Shown here: positions 36,001 to 52,462 of the stretch, piece by piece | Numbering within the stretch: position 1 is the stretch's first letter | How the letters are laid out: the number at the start of each line of letters is the position of its first letter | NCBI GenBank assembly: GCA_001179505.1 | Contig: CDMY01000475.1 | Span: 1-64,000 of the forward strand | Reading direction: 5' to 3' | Source of the DNA: Vitrella brassicaformis CCMP3155 | Taxonomy: Eukaryota > Protista > Chromerida | DNA length: 64,000 nt | Notes under the pieces: generated by a model | The model's input: only the letters and a program-made list of their open reading frames with translations | The model's database searches: none | Told to the model about the DNA's origin: nothing | Made by a program: the position numbers and the translations under genes

Positions 36001-37986
36001 AAACGTCTCGTCTTGTGATGGGTCTGTGTGTGCGCCTAGGCTAAATGGGCTGGTGTGGGTGTCGAGCGAGCGCATTGCTAAGCACCTGGACCTGGCCAAG
36101 GCCCTCGTCAACCAAATGCTCAACCGCCTCAAGGCCATGCTAGAGAGATCACTCTACCGGTCCGTCCGTCCGTCCGTCAGTCAGCACGTGGCCGGCGCAT
36201 CCGTCGGATGCACTCACCTTTTGTGCCGTTGCTCGGTCTGTGTATCGACAAAGCAGTGTGGGGATATCCCGTTTGTGTGCTGCCGTGAGACAGAGGCGCC
36301 GCTACCAAGTGCGGTCGCTCGGGTGCCCACTGCAACTGGTGNNNNNNNNNNNNNNNNNNNNNNNNNNNNNNNNNNNNNNNNNNNNNNNNNNNNNNNNNNN
36401 NNNNNNNNNNNNNNNNNNNNNNNNNNNNNNNNNNNNNNNNNNNNNNNNNNNNNNNNNNNNNNNNNNNNNNNNNNNNNNNNNNNNNNNNNNNNNNNNNNNN
36501 NNNNNNNNNNNNNNNNNNNNNNNNNNNNNNNNNNNNNNNNNNNNNNNNNNNNNNNNNNNNNNNNNNNNNNNNNNNNNNNNNNNNNNNNNNNNNNNNNNNN
36601 NNNNNNNNNNNNNNNNNNNNNNNNNNNNNNNNNNNNNNNNNGGGGGGGGGTCGGTCCGTCTGTCTGTCTGTCTGTCTGTGTGGGGGAGACAGATGGGCAG
36701 CAGCCATCCATCCTGTCTGTCCTCTGTCGTGTATATCAGACGCATATAGCCGTTCACGCGTTGGAGGGGGGCTTCGAAGTGCTCAAGCTGCACAGCAGAA
36801 CCAACGGAGTGGTCAGTCAGTCAGACAGACCAGTCCAGGAGCCTCCGTGTCTCTGTCTGTCTGTGTGCCTGCATCGGTCGGTCGTTTGGTCCATCCATCA
36901 GGCGCCACGCTATTTCCGTGTCGAAGACGGCTTTCTCTGGTGGGTAGGCACCACAAGACAGCCGCTCCAGACCTCTCGCAATGTGTCTGTCCATTCATTT
37001 GTCTGTCTGTCACTGACTGCAGTTGGAGCAAGCACCGTGAGTACCTGTTCCAGCAGCCCCACCACCACACCCCGTCCCTCCCCCGCCCCTCACACTCGCA
37101 CTTCGAATACGATACCACCGACTTCCACAGATCCCTCTCGCACCCACACATCCACACCCACACCCACCAGCAGCAGCAGCCCTCACACCTCTCCCCATTC
37201 ACTTCGGGCAGGGGCGACCACCCCCACACACACCCGCCCCATGACGTGGGAATGGCTGTGGGGCGCTGCGGTCCGGGTGCTGCCAAGGTAGTGCTTCCAC
37301 GGCGGGTGTCTCTGCAGCAGGTCTGGGGGGTGCGCTATGGGCAGCGGAGCGACAACTTCAGGACGAAAAGCGCCGCCAAGGGATGTGCACCAGAGTGAGC
37401 ATGCCAGTGCACTGACTGCAGAGAGAGGGAGGAGGCTACAGATGCAGCGGATGTGTGGGGCCGGGGGTTTGGGCTTCAGGTTGTGTTTGTCGATATTTCT
37501 GAAGCCACCGGGTGACACAGCCGGACAGGCCGGGCGGAAAGGTACACACAGACGTGTCGCATGGAGACAGCAGCGTGGTGTAAAGATGGCTGCGTATGGA
37601 CTGCAGGCAAGAAGGGCGACCCCCATCCGCAGCGGCAGTCCATCGATCTGATCTTCGCCACCTTCCCCAGCCTGTTCCTCTTTGTGTGCGGCCTGCAAGT
37701 GCTCACCAAGACCGTCAACCCACACATGAGCACACTGCCGCCAGGCAGACTGCTCTGGTGTGTACCACACAACACACTCGCAGCCCGGCTGGCCTTTGTA
37801 TCTATCTGCTTGTCTCGTGTGTGTGTCTGTGTGCAGGTTGCGTGTGTGGTACTCTCTGTGTCGCAGCTACCCCCACCAGCCGTCGATGTCGTTTGTCAAG
37901 GTGCTGCTGGCCAAACAGGCGGACATGCAGCACCACACCGCTGCCGCACTGGCGCGGGTGGCAGAGGGGGCAATATGATACGATAG
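33087..37986 (+). CDS. large multi-exon hypothetical helical protein with TPR-like N-terminus; spans two N gaps; 3' end uncertain
   Basis: In-phase exons, e.g. YTA|ALACVEEAQVAAYGLGDVKKAAAMGK|LMSVIYGYSG..LHTARLRLEQ|ALKISRQAGK; later LRWSQMVQTFLNIIVAF, EVALLEWALQLLPKL, IAKHLDLAKALVNQML. May be more than one gene. Confidence 0.5.
34565..34864. other. assembly gap (300 N)
   Basis: Run of N. Confidence 1.
36342..36641. other. assembly gap (300 N)
   Basis: Run of N. Confidence 1.
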
Positions 37987-38782
37987 ATAGCGGACCTTAT
38001 ACGGATGGATGCGTGAGCTTGTGTGTGTGTGTGTGTGTGATGAGGGTGTGGGAGTGGGGGTGCAAAGTGATATTGAACTTCAGCAAGAAGCTGCCTGCGG
38101 TGACGTACGTATTCATTGCATCTCAACGTGCACATAACATGGGCCACTGACTGCGTCATGATGACTATCACACACACGACACAATTTGTCCGTCAACCCC
38201 ACCCGCCACTCTCACGACAAGTGTACCCGCCACTTGGGCCAGACTGTGTGAGAGGTCGTCAGCGTCTGCTACGACACAGCATCCCCTGCCACCAAGTGGG
38301 GCCGAGGGTGCGGTGACGAAGCAGACACCGACGAACTCTCACACCAGACCGCGTGCACACACAATACGGCAGCACCACACCACAACAGGGGGACATCCAT
38401 GCAGCAGCCAGGCGACAAGACGACCGACCCATCAATTCGTCAGGCTCGAGGAGGATCCATCCACCGGAAAACACAGCCATCAATCCATCCATCGGCGCAC
38501 ACGACGCATCACACCACACCCCAGCACCGCCCGCCATGTCACGACAACACGGCAAGGCAGGTGGATCGAACAATGAATGCTCTCAATAAGGGTATACACA
38601 CACGCCACGCCCGGCTGGGAGGCATCCTCTCGTGTCCTCTTCTCTCGTCTCCTCTCGTCACACACACGACGGCCGGAAAAAACACAACCAGATACATATA
38701 CTGGAGGAAAAAGGACGCCATGCCGTGGCGTGTGGGCGGGAGTGAGGGAGTCGGTCGGTGCCTCTCTCTCACCAATGGGGGG

Positions 38783-38819
<37 letters not shown>

Positions 38820-39090
38820 GAGAGGCATTGTGATGTATCGGTGGCCACTGATTCTTTAAGGCAGGCAGCTAGGCGAGTGAGTGTTGATATGCACACAGAG
38901 GGACAGACAGGATTGCGGATCATAGGAGGGGATATATGGCCGCGTCATCGGCCTGTCTGTGGGAAGAAAACACGAAACTGCTGACTGAATAAAAGGGGCA
39001 GGCAGGCAGGGCACCAGGCAGCTTCGTGATCGTCAATCACCGCCGCCCTTGTCTGTCCTCCGCCCGCGAGAAATCAAAGAAAAAGTTTAG

Positions 39091-41633
39091 CTACACGGTC
39101 AGCTCCCTGCACACACACACACACACACACGTGTGTGTGTAGGTCCCATCAACATCCCTCTCCCCTCCCTCCCTGCTGCGTACCCACCCGTGCATTGGTC
39201 TCTTGGGGTCGTTGTAGTTGACCCAGTCGCCAGCAATGGGGGCGAAGAGCAGGTCCTTGGGCACGTTGAAGCCCTCGATGTACTCGCCCATGTGCTGGCC
39301 CGTCTGGGTGATGAGGCGGTCCTGCTCGGGGGGCAGCTCGCCCACCTCCTGGGGCGTCAGCAGAGAGTTGGCCACCAGCCAAGCCGCGTCCTTGTGCAGC
39401 AGCATGTGGCCGTACAGATCCAACAACGGCAGCAACACTGATATATATATGGATGGATGGATGGATGGATGGACGACACACACAGACAGAGACAGACACG
39501 GGCAGGTGGTGTGTGGGAGTCGGGTTGGGGGTGCTGTGAATGGAATGGTACCTGGCTGCAGTTTGCGCATCTTGGTGTCGAAAACGACGTCAGCGAAGGC
39601 CTCGAAGCACCGCTTCTCGGCAAAGGCCTCGGCGAGCTCCTGCACCAGTCGCGCCTCCTGCCGCATCCACACCTCGAAGATCTGTCCCGAGTTGCCGCCC
39701 GTCTTGAGCATCGACGCACCCAGCGCACGCCCCTTCATCACCTCTCGCTTCGCAAGCAGCCGCGACACCCTCACCGGCCCCTCACCGGCCCCGGTGTCTG
39801 CGAGCCCCTTTCGGTTCTTCCAGCCCTTCTGCACCCCGTCGAGCAGCTCCTTGGCCACCTTCTGCCACAGCACGCGGTTGTCCCCCTCCGCCGTGATGCC
39901 TGCGTGTGCGCCTGTGATGGCCTCGCCGAAGAGATTGCAGGCGAGGTAGCCCTGCCCCCCGCACCTCTCGCGGCAGATACTGGCGGTGCGCTCGGCGTGC
40001 CACGACATCATGGGTTTGATGGCGCAGCACAGCAGCAGCACCTCGTACCGCAGGGCGTCGATCTGGTCCTTGGGGGCGGCCTTGTCCTGCCGCAGAGCGT
40101 TCAGCTGCGCGTACTTGTGCTTGCACTCGGTCATGAAGAAGGTGAGGGCGTATGTGGCGGCGACGAGGGGCATGAGGGCCTGCTGCTGCAGCTGGTACTC
40201 GGCAATGGCCGTGTCGCTCTTGCCCGTGGGGCCCACGCACAGGCGGCTCTGGGAGTAGCGGACGGCGATCGTGAGGGCCAGTTTGGTCTGGCCGAGCATC
40301 ATGGAGGCGATGCACAGACGGCCGCTCAGCAGCTGGTCAGCCTGGATCACGAAACGCTGACGGCGGCCCTGCACCGTGCTCTCGAACTTGCCGCCCTTGT
40401 GAACCGTCGACACACGATCCAACAGGTGCTCACGGGGAATGCGCACCTGACCACACACACACAGACAGACACACACGCACAGATGGACGGCCGGGTGCGG
40501 GGATGTGTGTGGCTGGTTGGTCGTCTCACGTACGTCTTGGAAGTGGAGTTTGGCGTTGTCGACGCCGTTGTTGCCTATCTTGAATCCCATGTCCTCGATG
40601 GTGACGCCCTCACACACCCGACGGTCATTGTGGCGGATGCGGACGAGGAAGGGGTGCACCCCCTGGCTCTCGCTGCTCAGGCTGGGGATAATCAGCTGCG
40701 CGAACACCACACACCAGTGGGCGTGCTGCGCCCCGTTGGTTATCCAGTACTTCTGGCTGTCAGCCACACACAAACACAGAGGGAGAGAGAGGGAGAGAGA
40801 GAGGGAAGGCTTTCTCGTCTTGTGTGTTGACTTTGTTTGTCGTGTGTTTGTGTGTTTGCCCACCTGAGTGGCGTGGGGCAGTTGATGATGAACTCGTCTG
40901 TGTGTGGGTCGTACGTGGCCGTCGTCTGCATCTCCACCGCATTGTTGCCGAACCCCAACTCAGTCAACGCGAAACAACCCACCTGCACACACACACACAC
41001 ACACACACACAGAGCCAAACAGACAGACACGCAGTCAGTCGTCGTACGACCCCCAGCCCCCAACACTACCAATGAATTGAATGCACTGACTGACGCACCT
41101 GATCGAACGTGTCCACATCTGGTATGATGCCATGGTGTTTGTCGGTCCCCAGCTGCAGCAGCGTGCCGCCGAAGAGGTTGAACTGCACCGTCAGCTTGGT
41201 GGCGGTGCCGGGGTCCCCCAGAATGCCCACTGCCTCGTGCACCGTGAAGACGTTCGCCGGGTTGCGGATGAAGTCCCACACAGACACAACGCCGCCCTCA
41301 CACAGCGTCTTGAGCCGCCTGTAGGCCAACTCTGACCGACCAGTCACCAACACACAACAGAAACACGGCAGGCACTGATTCCTTCCTCTCTGCCCTGAGG
41401 TGTTGTCTTGTGCTGTGCTTGCCTCTGTGGGCGGCGAGGGCGACGTTGAATCTTGGCGTGAAGAGGTCCCTGTGCTGGCGTGCGATTCTGAAGATGCGCT
41501 GTCTGTTGTCGTGGTTGTCTGCGTCCATGAGGTGCTGCAGCTGCTCCATCACCTCCCTGTCCGACAAGGGGGATGACGCAGAGGCCGCAGGGCTGACGCT
41601 CACGTGAGCCGCAACTATCTCCAATCGATGCAT
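39091..41633 (-). CDS. ACOX: peroxisomal acyl-CoA oxidase
   Basis: [88 protein letters not shown]; N-term RLEIVAAHV is PTS2-like. Confidence 0.92.
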
Positions 41634-41797
41634 TATCCTCAAGCAACTCACAACTTGCCGACAACGAAAGAGGAGCAGCTAAGGGCAATCCCAACAATGC
41701 AAGAAGCTAAGCTCGCAGACGTGAGGCTCTCACGGGACTCAATCTCTCTCCTTACAGCGTGTAGGAGGCGGAGTGATTATCTATCAGGTGTCAGGTG

Positions 41798-44700
41798 ATG
41801 CAGACGAACGGCGACTGCGCTGCTGCACCTGAGTCGACTGGTGCTCCGGAGGTGACCACCGAAAACGATGGAGTGCAGACCATCGAAACCGGTCCGTCAC
41901 ACAGAACAGAACACCACAGCAAGCCATCCACGACACGACCAAGGCACCGCATGCAATGCAGCGCATCAGATCAGATTCCCTGACCTCGTGTGTTGGTGTC
42001 CGTCTGGTTGCGTGCGTTGTGTTGCAGGTCCTCGGGGCGAGATGCTCCTCAAGATCCGGACTGACGACGGCGCGGCGGACGAGATGGCCCGCACCCTCTC
42101 GCCCTTCGCCGAGCAGTTCCCCTCGTCGACGACTACGGAGGATCTGTTGATAGTCATCAAGGTGGGCACATCGACGCTGCTCGACTCGCGCAAGAACCGC
42201 CTGTCGCTCGCCAACGTGGGCCGACTGGTCGAACTCATATGCGACCTGCGACTCAAGGGGTTTCAGGTGAGGGAGGGATGGATGCATGGATTGATGGAAT
42301 GACAGACAGGTGATCTATCTGATCGAGGCTCTATCGGCTCTCTGGGCGTGGCGTCTGCTCTGCAGGTGGTGTTGGTGTCATCGGGTGCTGTGGGGCTTGG
42401 GTGCCATCACATGCGCATGAGTCGGCCGTCAACAGTCATCGGCAAGCAGGCTGCAGCCGCCATCGGCCAGGGCAGGCTCATGGTACGGACGGACGGACGG
42501 ACAGACATCTGGATGGATGGATGGATGGGCAGTGTGGATTGCATTCTGATTCATTCTGTGGTGAGTGTGTGTCGTCCATCAGCGGATGTACGACGACGCC
42601 TTTGCGTACCACAACCAGAAGGTGGCGCAGCTGCTGCTGGCGAGGCAGTGGTTCCTCGAGAAGGAGAACTACGCCCAGTTCCAGGCCACACTATTCGGTC
42701 AGCCCAGCCACCAGTCAGCCAGGTCTCGCGCACGGAAACATGCAATAAGGCAGACAGACAGGTGACGGACGGTTGCTGTGCTGTGTGTGGCTTGTCTATC
42801 GTCAGAGTTGCTGCGTATGGGTGTGGTGCCGATTGTCAATGAGAACGACGCATTCACAAACGACCAGATCCGATTCGGCGTGAGTGCAGGAGAGGAGGGA
42901 GCATCGCGTCTGACTGATCTGTGTGCAGAATCAGATCTGATGTGACATGCCTGTGTCTGTCTGTCTGTCTGCCTGTCTGTGTGACTGATTGTGTGTCAGG
43001 ACAACGACACCCTGGCTGCCTATCTTGCCGTCACCATATCGGCACACTGGTGGGTGAGCTGGGAATTCTCACTTGCGCATGACCCAACGAGTGATTTGTC
43101 CTTATGTTGTGTTAGGTTGTTTCTGCTTACTGACGTGGACTGCCTGTACACGGCCAACCCCCGCAGCCACAGCGACGCCAAGCCCATCCCCTATGTGGAG
43201 AACATCGACGACCTCCACCGACTCATGACGCAGGACGACAACGCCGGCACGGCATTCGGCACCGGCGGCATGCGCACCAAGATCCTGGCCGCCCGCATTG
43301 CTGTCGCCACCGGCATACACACGGGGCTCTGCAACGGACAAGAGCCCCAGTAGGGAACGCACGCACGAGCTGGCTGGCTGGCTGGCTGGATGGATGGATG
43401 GATCTTTCTTTCTGTTGCTCTGCATGATACACAGGCGGATTCTGGACATGTTGGATTTCGCCGAGGCCCGGGCCCGCCCCCCTTCGCCCCCTTACCTGAT
43501 GCTTGAGAACAAAGGCGACCAGCAGCAGCAGCAGCAGCAGTTGGAGCTGCCCGAGTTCCGGCTGCAGGTCAATGGGGAGGACGTCAGCACTCCGCAACAG
43601 AGAGACCACACCGACCCGACTGAACAGGTAGGTGAGACACAGAGAGAGAGGGAGAGCAACCAACACGCACACCCACACCCACACACACACACCCTTGTAT
43701 GTGAGTGCAGATGTACCCCAAGTTCCACATCGAGGCCTCCGGTGCCTTCCCGGCCCTCTCCGCCTCCCCCTGCCCCTCCCCCGCCCCTCAGGTCAACGGC
43801 TACGGCCCGACCGCTGCTGCCGACTATGGAGAAGGTGAGGATGGTCTGCCTGATGAGGAAGACGAGTCGCCTCAGCGTCGGTTGCGGCTGCGGCTGCTGA
43901 CCTCACCCACCAGCCTGCAGCGCAACTACCCCTTCATGGGCACCATCTTCAGGGCAGCCGAATGCAGCCAGTCTATACGCCTCAGCAGGAGATGGATACT
44001 CACTCTCCCGGTGAGCTGGGCAGACACGCAGACAGGGGGAAGGGGGACAGCTGGAGGGAGGGATGGAGGGCCTTTGTGTGGGTTGTGTCGTGTGTGGGTC
44101 AGGTGTCTGGTACGATTTACATTGATGACGGTGCGGCCAAGGCGGTGCTGCTGCAGCACAAGTCGCTCCTCGCTGTGGGGGTCCAAAAAGTGGAGGTGTG
44201 CGCGTCTGTCTGTCTGCACACGTAGACGGCCGGCTGCAAGTGTGTGTGTGTGTGGATGCATTGCATGCCTGTTCTATACTGTCCATCAATCAGGGTCGGT
44301 TCATATCGATGGAGTCGGTGGCGCTGCGGCGGTACGATGCGCCAGAGCTCGAGGGCGACCTGGCCAGATGCCTCACCAACTTTTCGGTACGTCCGTTGGT
44401 CGGTTCGGCATACACAGACAGCACAGGTGTGTGTGTGTCAACTCAACCATGTCTGTCGGTCTCCATGTGTGTGTGGTTAGAGTGAGGAGCTGGACAAGAT
44501 CAAGGGCCTGAAGTCTGAGCACCACGCAGAGGTACTGGGGTACAGTTGCGGACCGGAGGTCGCATTCAGAGACGACATCATATTCGTAAGCATGGCACAC
44601 AAACACGCCGAGGTGCGTGGTACATGACGCTTGTATGTGTGATGGATGGTGTGTTGGTCACTATCAGATGAACGTTGATCCGGTAGAGGAGATCGACCAG

Positions 44701-44826
44701 GGCGAGACGAGCATAACGGTGCCAACCAGCGTGTCGTCGCCAGCCGTCACCGAGGACATCCAGCACCACCACTCGCCCACGGATAACTTGAAACTCATCG
44801 CAGCGGCCAAGACGGGCCGGGAGTGA
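41798..44826 (+). CDS. proB: glutamate 5-kinase with C-terminal PUA domain
   Basis: IVIKVGTSTL, VVLVSSGAVGLG, KQAAAAIGQGRLM, VPIVNEND..FGDNDTLAA, LLTDVDCLYTANP, GTGGMRTKILAA; PUA-like GTIYIDDGAAKAV..SLLAVGV. Confidence 0.93.
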
Positions 44827-45143
44827 GGGGGTGCACCCCATCAACATGAACTACGTACGTCCGTCTATGTGTTGTGTGTAGCGTGCGTACGTACGTGTAC
44901 TAACCGTGTGCACATGTGGGGCGAATCGTTCGTTTCTCGCGTTTCTATAGATATAGACAGACATACGGGTCATTCAATGACAGACAGACAGACATGCATG
45001 GCGAGGTTTGGTGCATAGCTTGTGGATCGATTTGTGGCGTGTTTTATATATGACGGCAGGCCGACAGACTACCGACGTCATGCATGACGGGGACACACGT
45101 ACGTACAGACAGACGTCGATGCATGTCGATGCATGCATCTACT

Positions 45144-46023
45144 TCACCACAGTGAGTCCTGCCTCAGCCCCCCCTTGCCTGCAGTGCACTGCGGAGGGAT
45201 TCCGGCTCCAACACTGCCCCGGGGGTGATGCCATGCTGCTTGAACCAACCTACAGGCATCTCTAGCCTGATCGATCATGTCATGCCCACAAAGGGACGTT
45301 GTTACGTGTGTGTCGGTGCCTGCACTGCTTATGCTTGCCCCATTTTAGCGTCGCTGCGGTCACTGTACACCCACGTCTCGTCATTGGCCTTAAGGTGGTG
45401 GATCTGCACACACACACACACACACACGCACACTCACAGGCAATTCGGCCGTGTGTCCTTTTGCATCCGTTTACGGTCTTCCCTCCTCCCTCTGCATACA
45501 AACGTACATCAGTGAGCACTCCCGCGGTATCGAAGAAGCCAGCGTCGAGGTCGAGGGGCGTGTCCTTCATCCTGCAACCCAACCAGTGCAAAACAAAGAA
45601 AAACGACGTGTGGCGCGCCGCGCCCACGAATGGTCCGATGTGTTGACGCACACCCACCAGAAGACGCCCCGTCTTGGCCGGCTGTAGACGAACAGCATAC
45701 CCGTATTTTCGCCCAGACTCTGCCGCCCCATCAATCCCTCCTGATGCTCCCCATCACTGACGGCGATCTGCCGAAGGGGAAAAGTAATGTCATGCCACTC
45801 TGTCGTGTGATGCGTACAGACCTGGAGAATGTCATCCATATCTCTCTCCATTGCAATCACTGACCTGCACATGGATTGCGGCGCCTGAGAGGACAAGAGG
45901 GAAACGGCTGGCGAAGGTGGCCGGCTGCCGGTGCACCCGAGCAGACGACAGCGCCCTGGTGTGGCACAGAAAGACCCAGAGGAGGGAAAAGAGACCGCCA
46001 AACCTCATCTGATGGATCGTCAT
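45144..46023 (-). CDS. DUF192-family protein with a hydrophobic N-terminal leader
   Basis: Spliced GLMGRQSLGENTGMLFVY..FW|MKDTPLDLDAGFFDTAG..LEMPVGWFKQHGITPG matches the DUF192 pattern as I recall it; leader MTIHQMRFGGLFSLLWVFLCHTRALS. Confidence 0.8.
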
Positions 46024-46112
46024 GTAAACACAGCGGCACTGATCATCTGCGACTCCCTCTCGGGCGCATCTGTGACCTTCTGTTCTGCAGAAGAAGAACA
46101 TGTCGGGGGTGC

Positions 46113-46631
46113 ATGAGAGGAGGTCTTCATCCACCATCATCTCGTTCCGTAGCCTTCGGCCTCATCGTTTTCTTTCTCCTCGTTCGCGTGTCCACTGGCG
46201 GCTCTGGCTCGCTGGTGGTGCTGAGCCGTGGTCACCGCAATGGATCCAGCCTCCGATGCGCACCAAACGCCCTGCTGGTGAGTACGTCACACACACCAAT
46301 AACACCACTATGAGCGATCTCGAGTCCGTTCCGTGTGCGTTGCATTGCCTTGCAGCCGTTCCTGGTCAATGACAGAGCGGTGAGTGGGCCAATCGTCTTC
46401 AACTGGTGCAGACCGACCAACTACCCCTCTCGCCTGGCGACCTTCACCGGCGGCGGGATCGGCACCTATGTGGGCCGCATCTGGCAGCGGCAGATCATCG
46501 AGATGCGCCGCGAGAGGACCACCGAGGAAGAAGAGCGGGAGGAGAGGCGCAGACAGGCTGAGCAGAGGAGACGGCAGGGCGGCTCGCGCCGGCAGCTGTT
46601 GCTGCGCATGTTTCGGAGAGGGAAGGTGTGA
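46113..46631 (+). CDS. small hypothetical two-exon protein with hydrophobic N-terminus and charged helical C-terminus
   Basis: MRGG..VAFGLIVFFLLVRVS..PNALL|GTGAGT intron..CAG|PFLVNDRA..EEEEREERRR*; phase-0 splice is consistent. Confidence 0.4.
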
Positions 46632-47170
46632 GGGCATGGGCGGCGAGTGTCCTCCCTACCTGTGGCTCTTTGCTTCTCACGTGCGAGTGTGTCGATTTCT
46701 CGTGTCTAGGAAGCAATTTTCTCGGAGGCGTGGGTTGGGCCACAGAAAACTAAGGAGTGGTCGTGAGTGACGTGACACTGTGTGTGGATATATTCTTGTT
46801 GTCACCGGAAGGACAGGTTGTACGCGCAGCTCATTAAATGCAGGAAGGATGCAAACGAGAAGCATCAAAGTGTCGCACTCCATTCCCTAACTAACTGCAT
46901 GCCAACTGATGTCGCACTGCAGTGCTCAAAAAAGGTCAGTCAGCGTCCATCACATCGACAACAAACGCGCACTGCGGCGCACAGCAGAGGGAGGCTGAAT
47001 CAATCGCCCGTCGATAAAAGCGAAAAGGGGTGCAGTGACTGACATTGATATTATGAGTACAGGACATCACAGGACAGCACAGCAACAGACGGACAATCCC
47101 ACCTCTCTCTTGCCTTACGTATACACGCACCCATCCATTCACCCACCAGCCCACCAACACATTCATCCAT

Positions 47171-49925
<2,755 letters not shown>

Positions 49926-50042
49926 ACGGGGGAAGGGAGGGAGGGGAGAACTTGATAGTCTTTTTTGTTTCACAGAAGACCCTTCCTCGAAGTTTCCGGC
50001 GCGGGAAGGGAGAGAAAGCGGGAACGCGGCGGCCAAGATCCG

Positions 50043-51440
50043 ATGTGGCGACGTTCACTTTCATCATTCGGATTCTCGGGCCAGGCCCTTCACTCCTGTT
50101 TCTTCCCCAGAACGTCCGTTTGCACACGCCCGTTCGCCACCAGCATGAAGGAGAAGGTCGTCTCTGTGCTCTACAAGGGCGGCGCCGCCGGCCGTGAGAA
50201 CAAGCGCATTCTGGGCTGTGTCGAGGTAGGAACGCGCACACACAGCGTCGATTGGTGTCACTCACTGTGTCTATGGTTGTGCTGATTTAGAATGAGCTGG
50301 GCTTGCGCAGTTTTGTGGAGAGCAAGGGAGCTGAATTCGTCGTGACGAGCAGCAAGGATTACCCCAACTCGACGCTGGGTGGGTCGAGACTGACAGATCT
50401 CACGCATGACCGTCCGTCATTTCTACACTCTACTGCTTGTGTCAACAGACAAGCATCTCCCGGACGCTACTGTGGTGATATCTCAGCCCTTCTGGCCCGC
50501 CTACATCACGGCCGAGCGAGTCGCCAAGGCGCCCAACCTCAAGCTAGCTATCACAGCAGGTGTTGGCAGCGACCACGTGGACCTCGCCGCTGCATGCGAG
50601 AAGAACATCACCGTGGCCGGTAAGTCAAATAGACGGACGGCAGAGGTGACATGATGGATGTACGGTGTGCTGTCCTGCTGCTGTGGTGTCAGAGGTGACG
50701 GGTTCGAATGTGGTGTCGGTGGCTGAGCACGTCGTTATGATGATTCTCTCCCTCGTCCGCAACTACCTGCCCTCCCACGAGATCGCCACCAGCGGCGGGT
50801 GGGACATCGCCGAGTGCGCCTCACGCGCCTATGACTTGGAGGACAAACACGTCGGCACTGTGGCCGTGGGTAAGTGGGGGGAGACCTGCCAACGATCACA
50901 CAATACGTAACAGATACTGGTGGGTCTGAGTGTGTGTGTGCCTGTAGGTCGCATTGGTCATCGCGTGTTGAAGCGTCTCGTGCCGTTCGATGTGCATTTG
51001 CACTACTTTGACCCGTTCAAGCGTCTATCGCCCGAAGACGAGAAAGCGGTAAGCACGCAACATGCCCACCGGGGGCTCGCTGGATTTGCCATGGCCGCTC
51101 TCTCTTTCTCGTGTCAGTTGAACGTGACGTATCATGCGACCCTCGAGTCCATGCTGGCGGTCTGCGATGTCATCACTATCAATGCCCCTCTGCACCCGAT
51201 GACAGAGAACCTATTCGACAGTGCCATGATCGCCAAATGCAAGAAGGGAGTCTACATCGTCAACACTGCCAGGTCTGCTCGGCACATACACACAGCTGCA
51301 CAGAGACGGATGCATGGATGTCTCCCCCTTTGCAGAGGCAAGATCGTCAACGCTCAGGCGATGGCCGATGCGGTTGCTGCGGGTCATGTCGCTGGCTATG
51401 CGGGCGACGTGTGGTTCCCACAGGTCCCCACACGTGCACG

Positions 51441-51475
<35 letters not shown>

Positions 51476-51809
51476 TGAATCGTTTTTTGACTCTGTGTTT
51501 TGGTGTGGGCAGCCTCCACCCAAGGACCACCCGTGGCGCACAATGCAGTGGAACGGCATGACTCCACATTACTCCGGCACCACACTCGACGCACAAGCCC
51601 GTTACGCTGCTGGGACGAAGGAGGTCAGGACGAGCACCAAACATACAGAGGTGCCTGACTGGATGATCCACTTGCCCGTTTGTGTGTGTCAGATTCTTGA
51701 GAATTACTTCGACGGGAAGCCGCAGCGCCAGGAGTACCTGATCGTCGATGCCGGCAAGATCGTATCACCCGCGTACACTAAGGGCAACACTACCACTGGC
51801 GCCAAATAG
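50043..51809 (+). CDS. FDH: NAD-dependent formate dehydrogenase with putative mitochondrial presequence
   Basis: [18 protein letters not shown] presequence; [94 protein letters not shown]. Confidence 0.95.
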
Positions 51810-52462
51810 ACAGACAGATGCATACAAGAGACACAGCCGACACACAACCGGTGATAATTAGAATCGGTTCCACACACGCATGAATGGTGAAATGGCAAGG
51901 GGGATCAAAGAAAGGAGGCACCGCAACTCTTCCTTTTTTTTTGGTTTTTGGTGTGTGTTTTTCCAAGTCGGATGTTTGAATGGTCTGCTGCTGGATAGGC
52001 CTCCATTTCTCCATAGTGTTATGTATACATACACGGTGCTTCACCTGCATGCCATGCATGGATGCGCTGTACGTGTGCCAAGTTGTGTGTTTTTCTGCCG
52101 ATCAACTCGATCGGTGCACTGCCTGGTGTGTTATTGAAAGAAAGGTATGAATGAATGAATGAACGGTCCTCTCACTTGGTTACTCTGGCAACACGCGATG
52201 CGAGAGCATCGACTTGGCAAAGCGATCTGTGGATGTCTCCCTACTTCTTGGGTTTTTCATGTGTTGGGCGTACTTGCCGTCAACCAGCGTCTCTGATTAC
52301 ATACACACAGCACTGCGTCATTCTGCCGGTGTGCATGCCTCGCCAGAATGTGGCTGTGTGGGGACGGGTGATCGAGATGCGGGAGGCAGTGGTGGTTCAA
52401 CAAAACTCACGTGCGCTGACGACGCTGTAGATTTTCCTCCTTGCATGTGTCGTGCTGCATGG

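Noticed and set aside
39457-40830. Long alternative or antisense ORFs over GC-rich exons (also 9966-10970, 17091-17918, 49465-50148, 58711-59562)
   Set aside because: Shadow frames of real genes on the same or opposite strand; no motifs and high GC suppresses stops.
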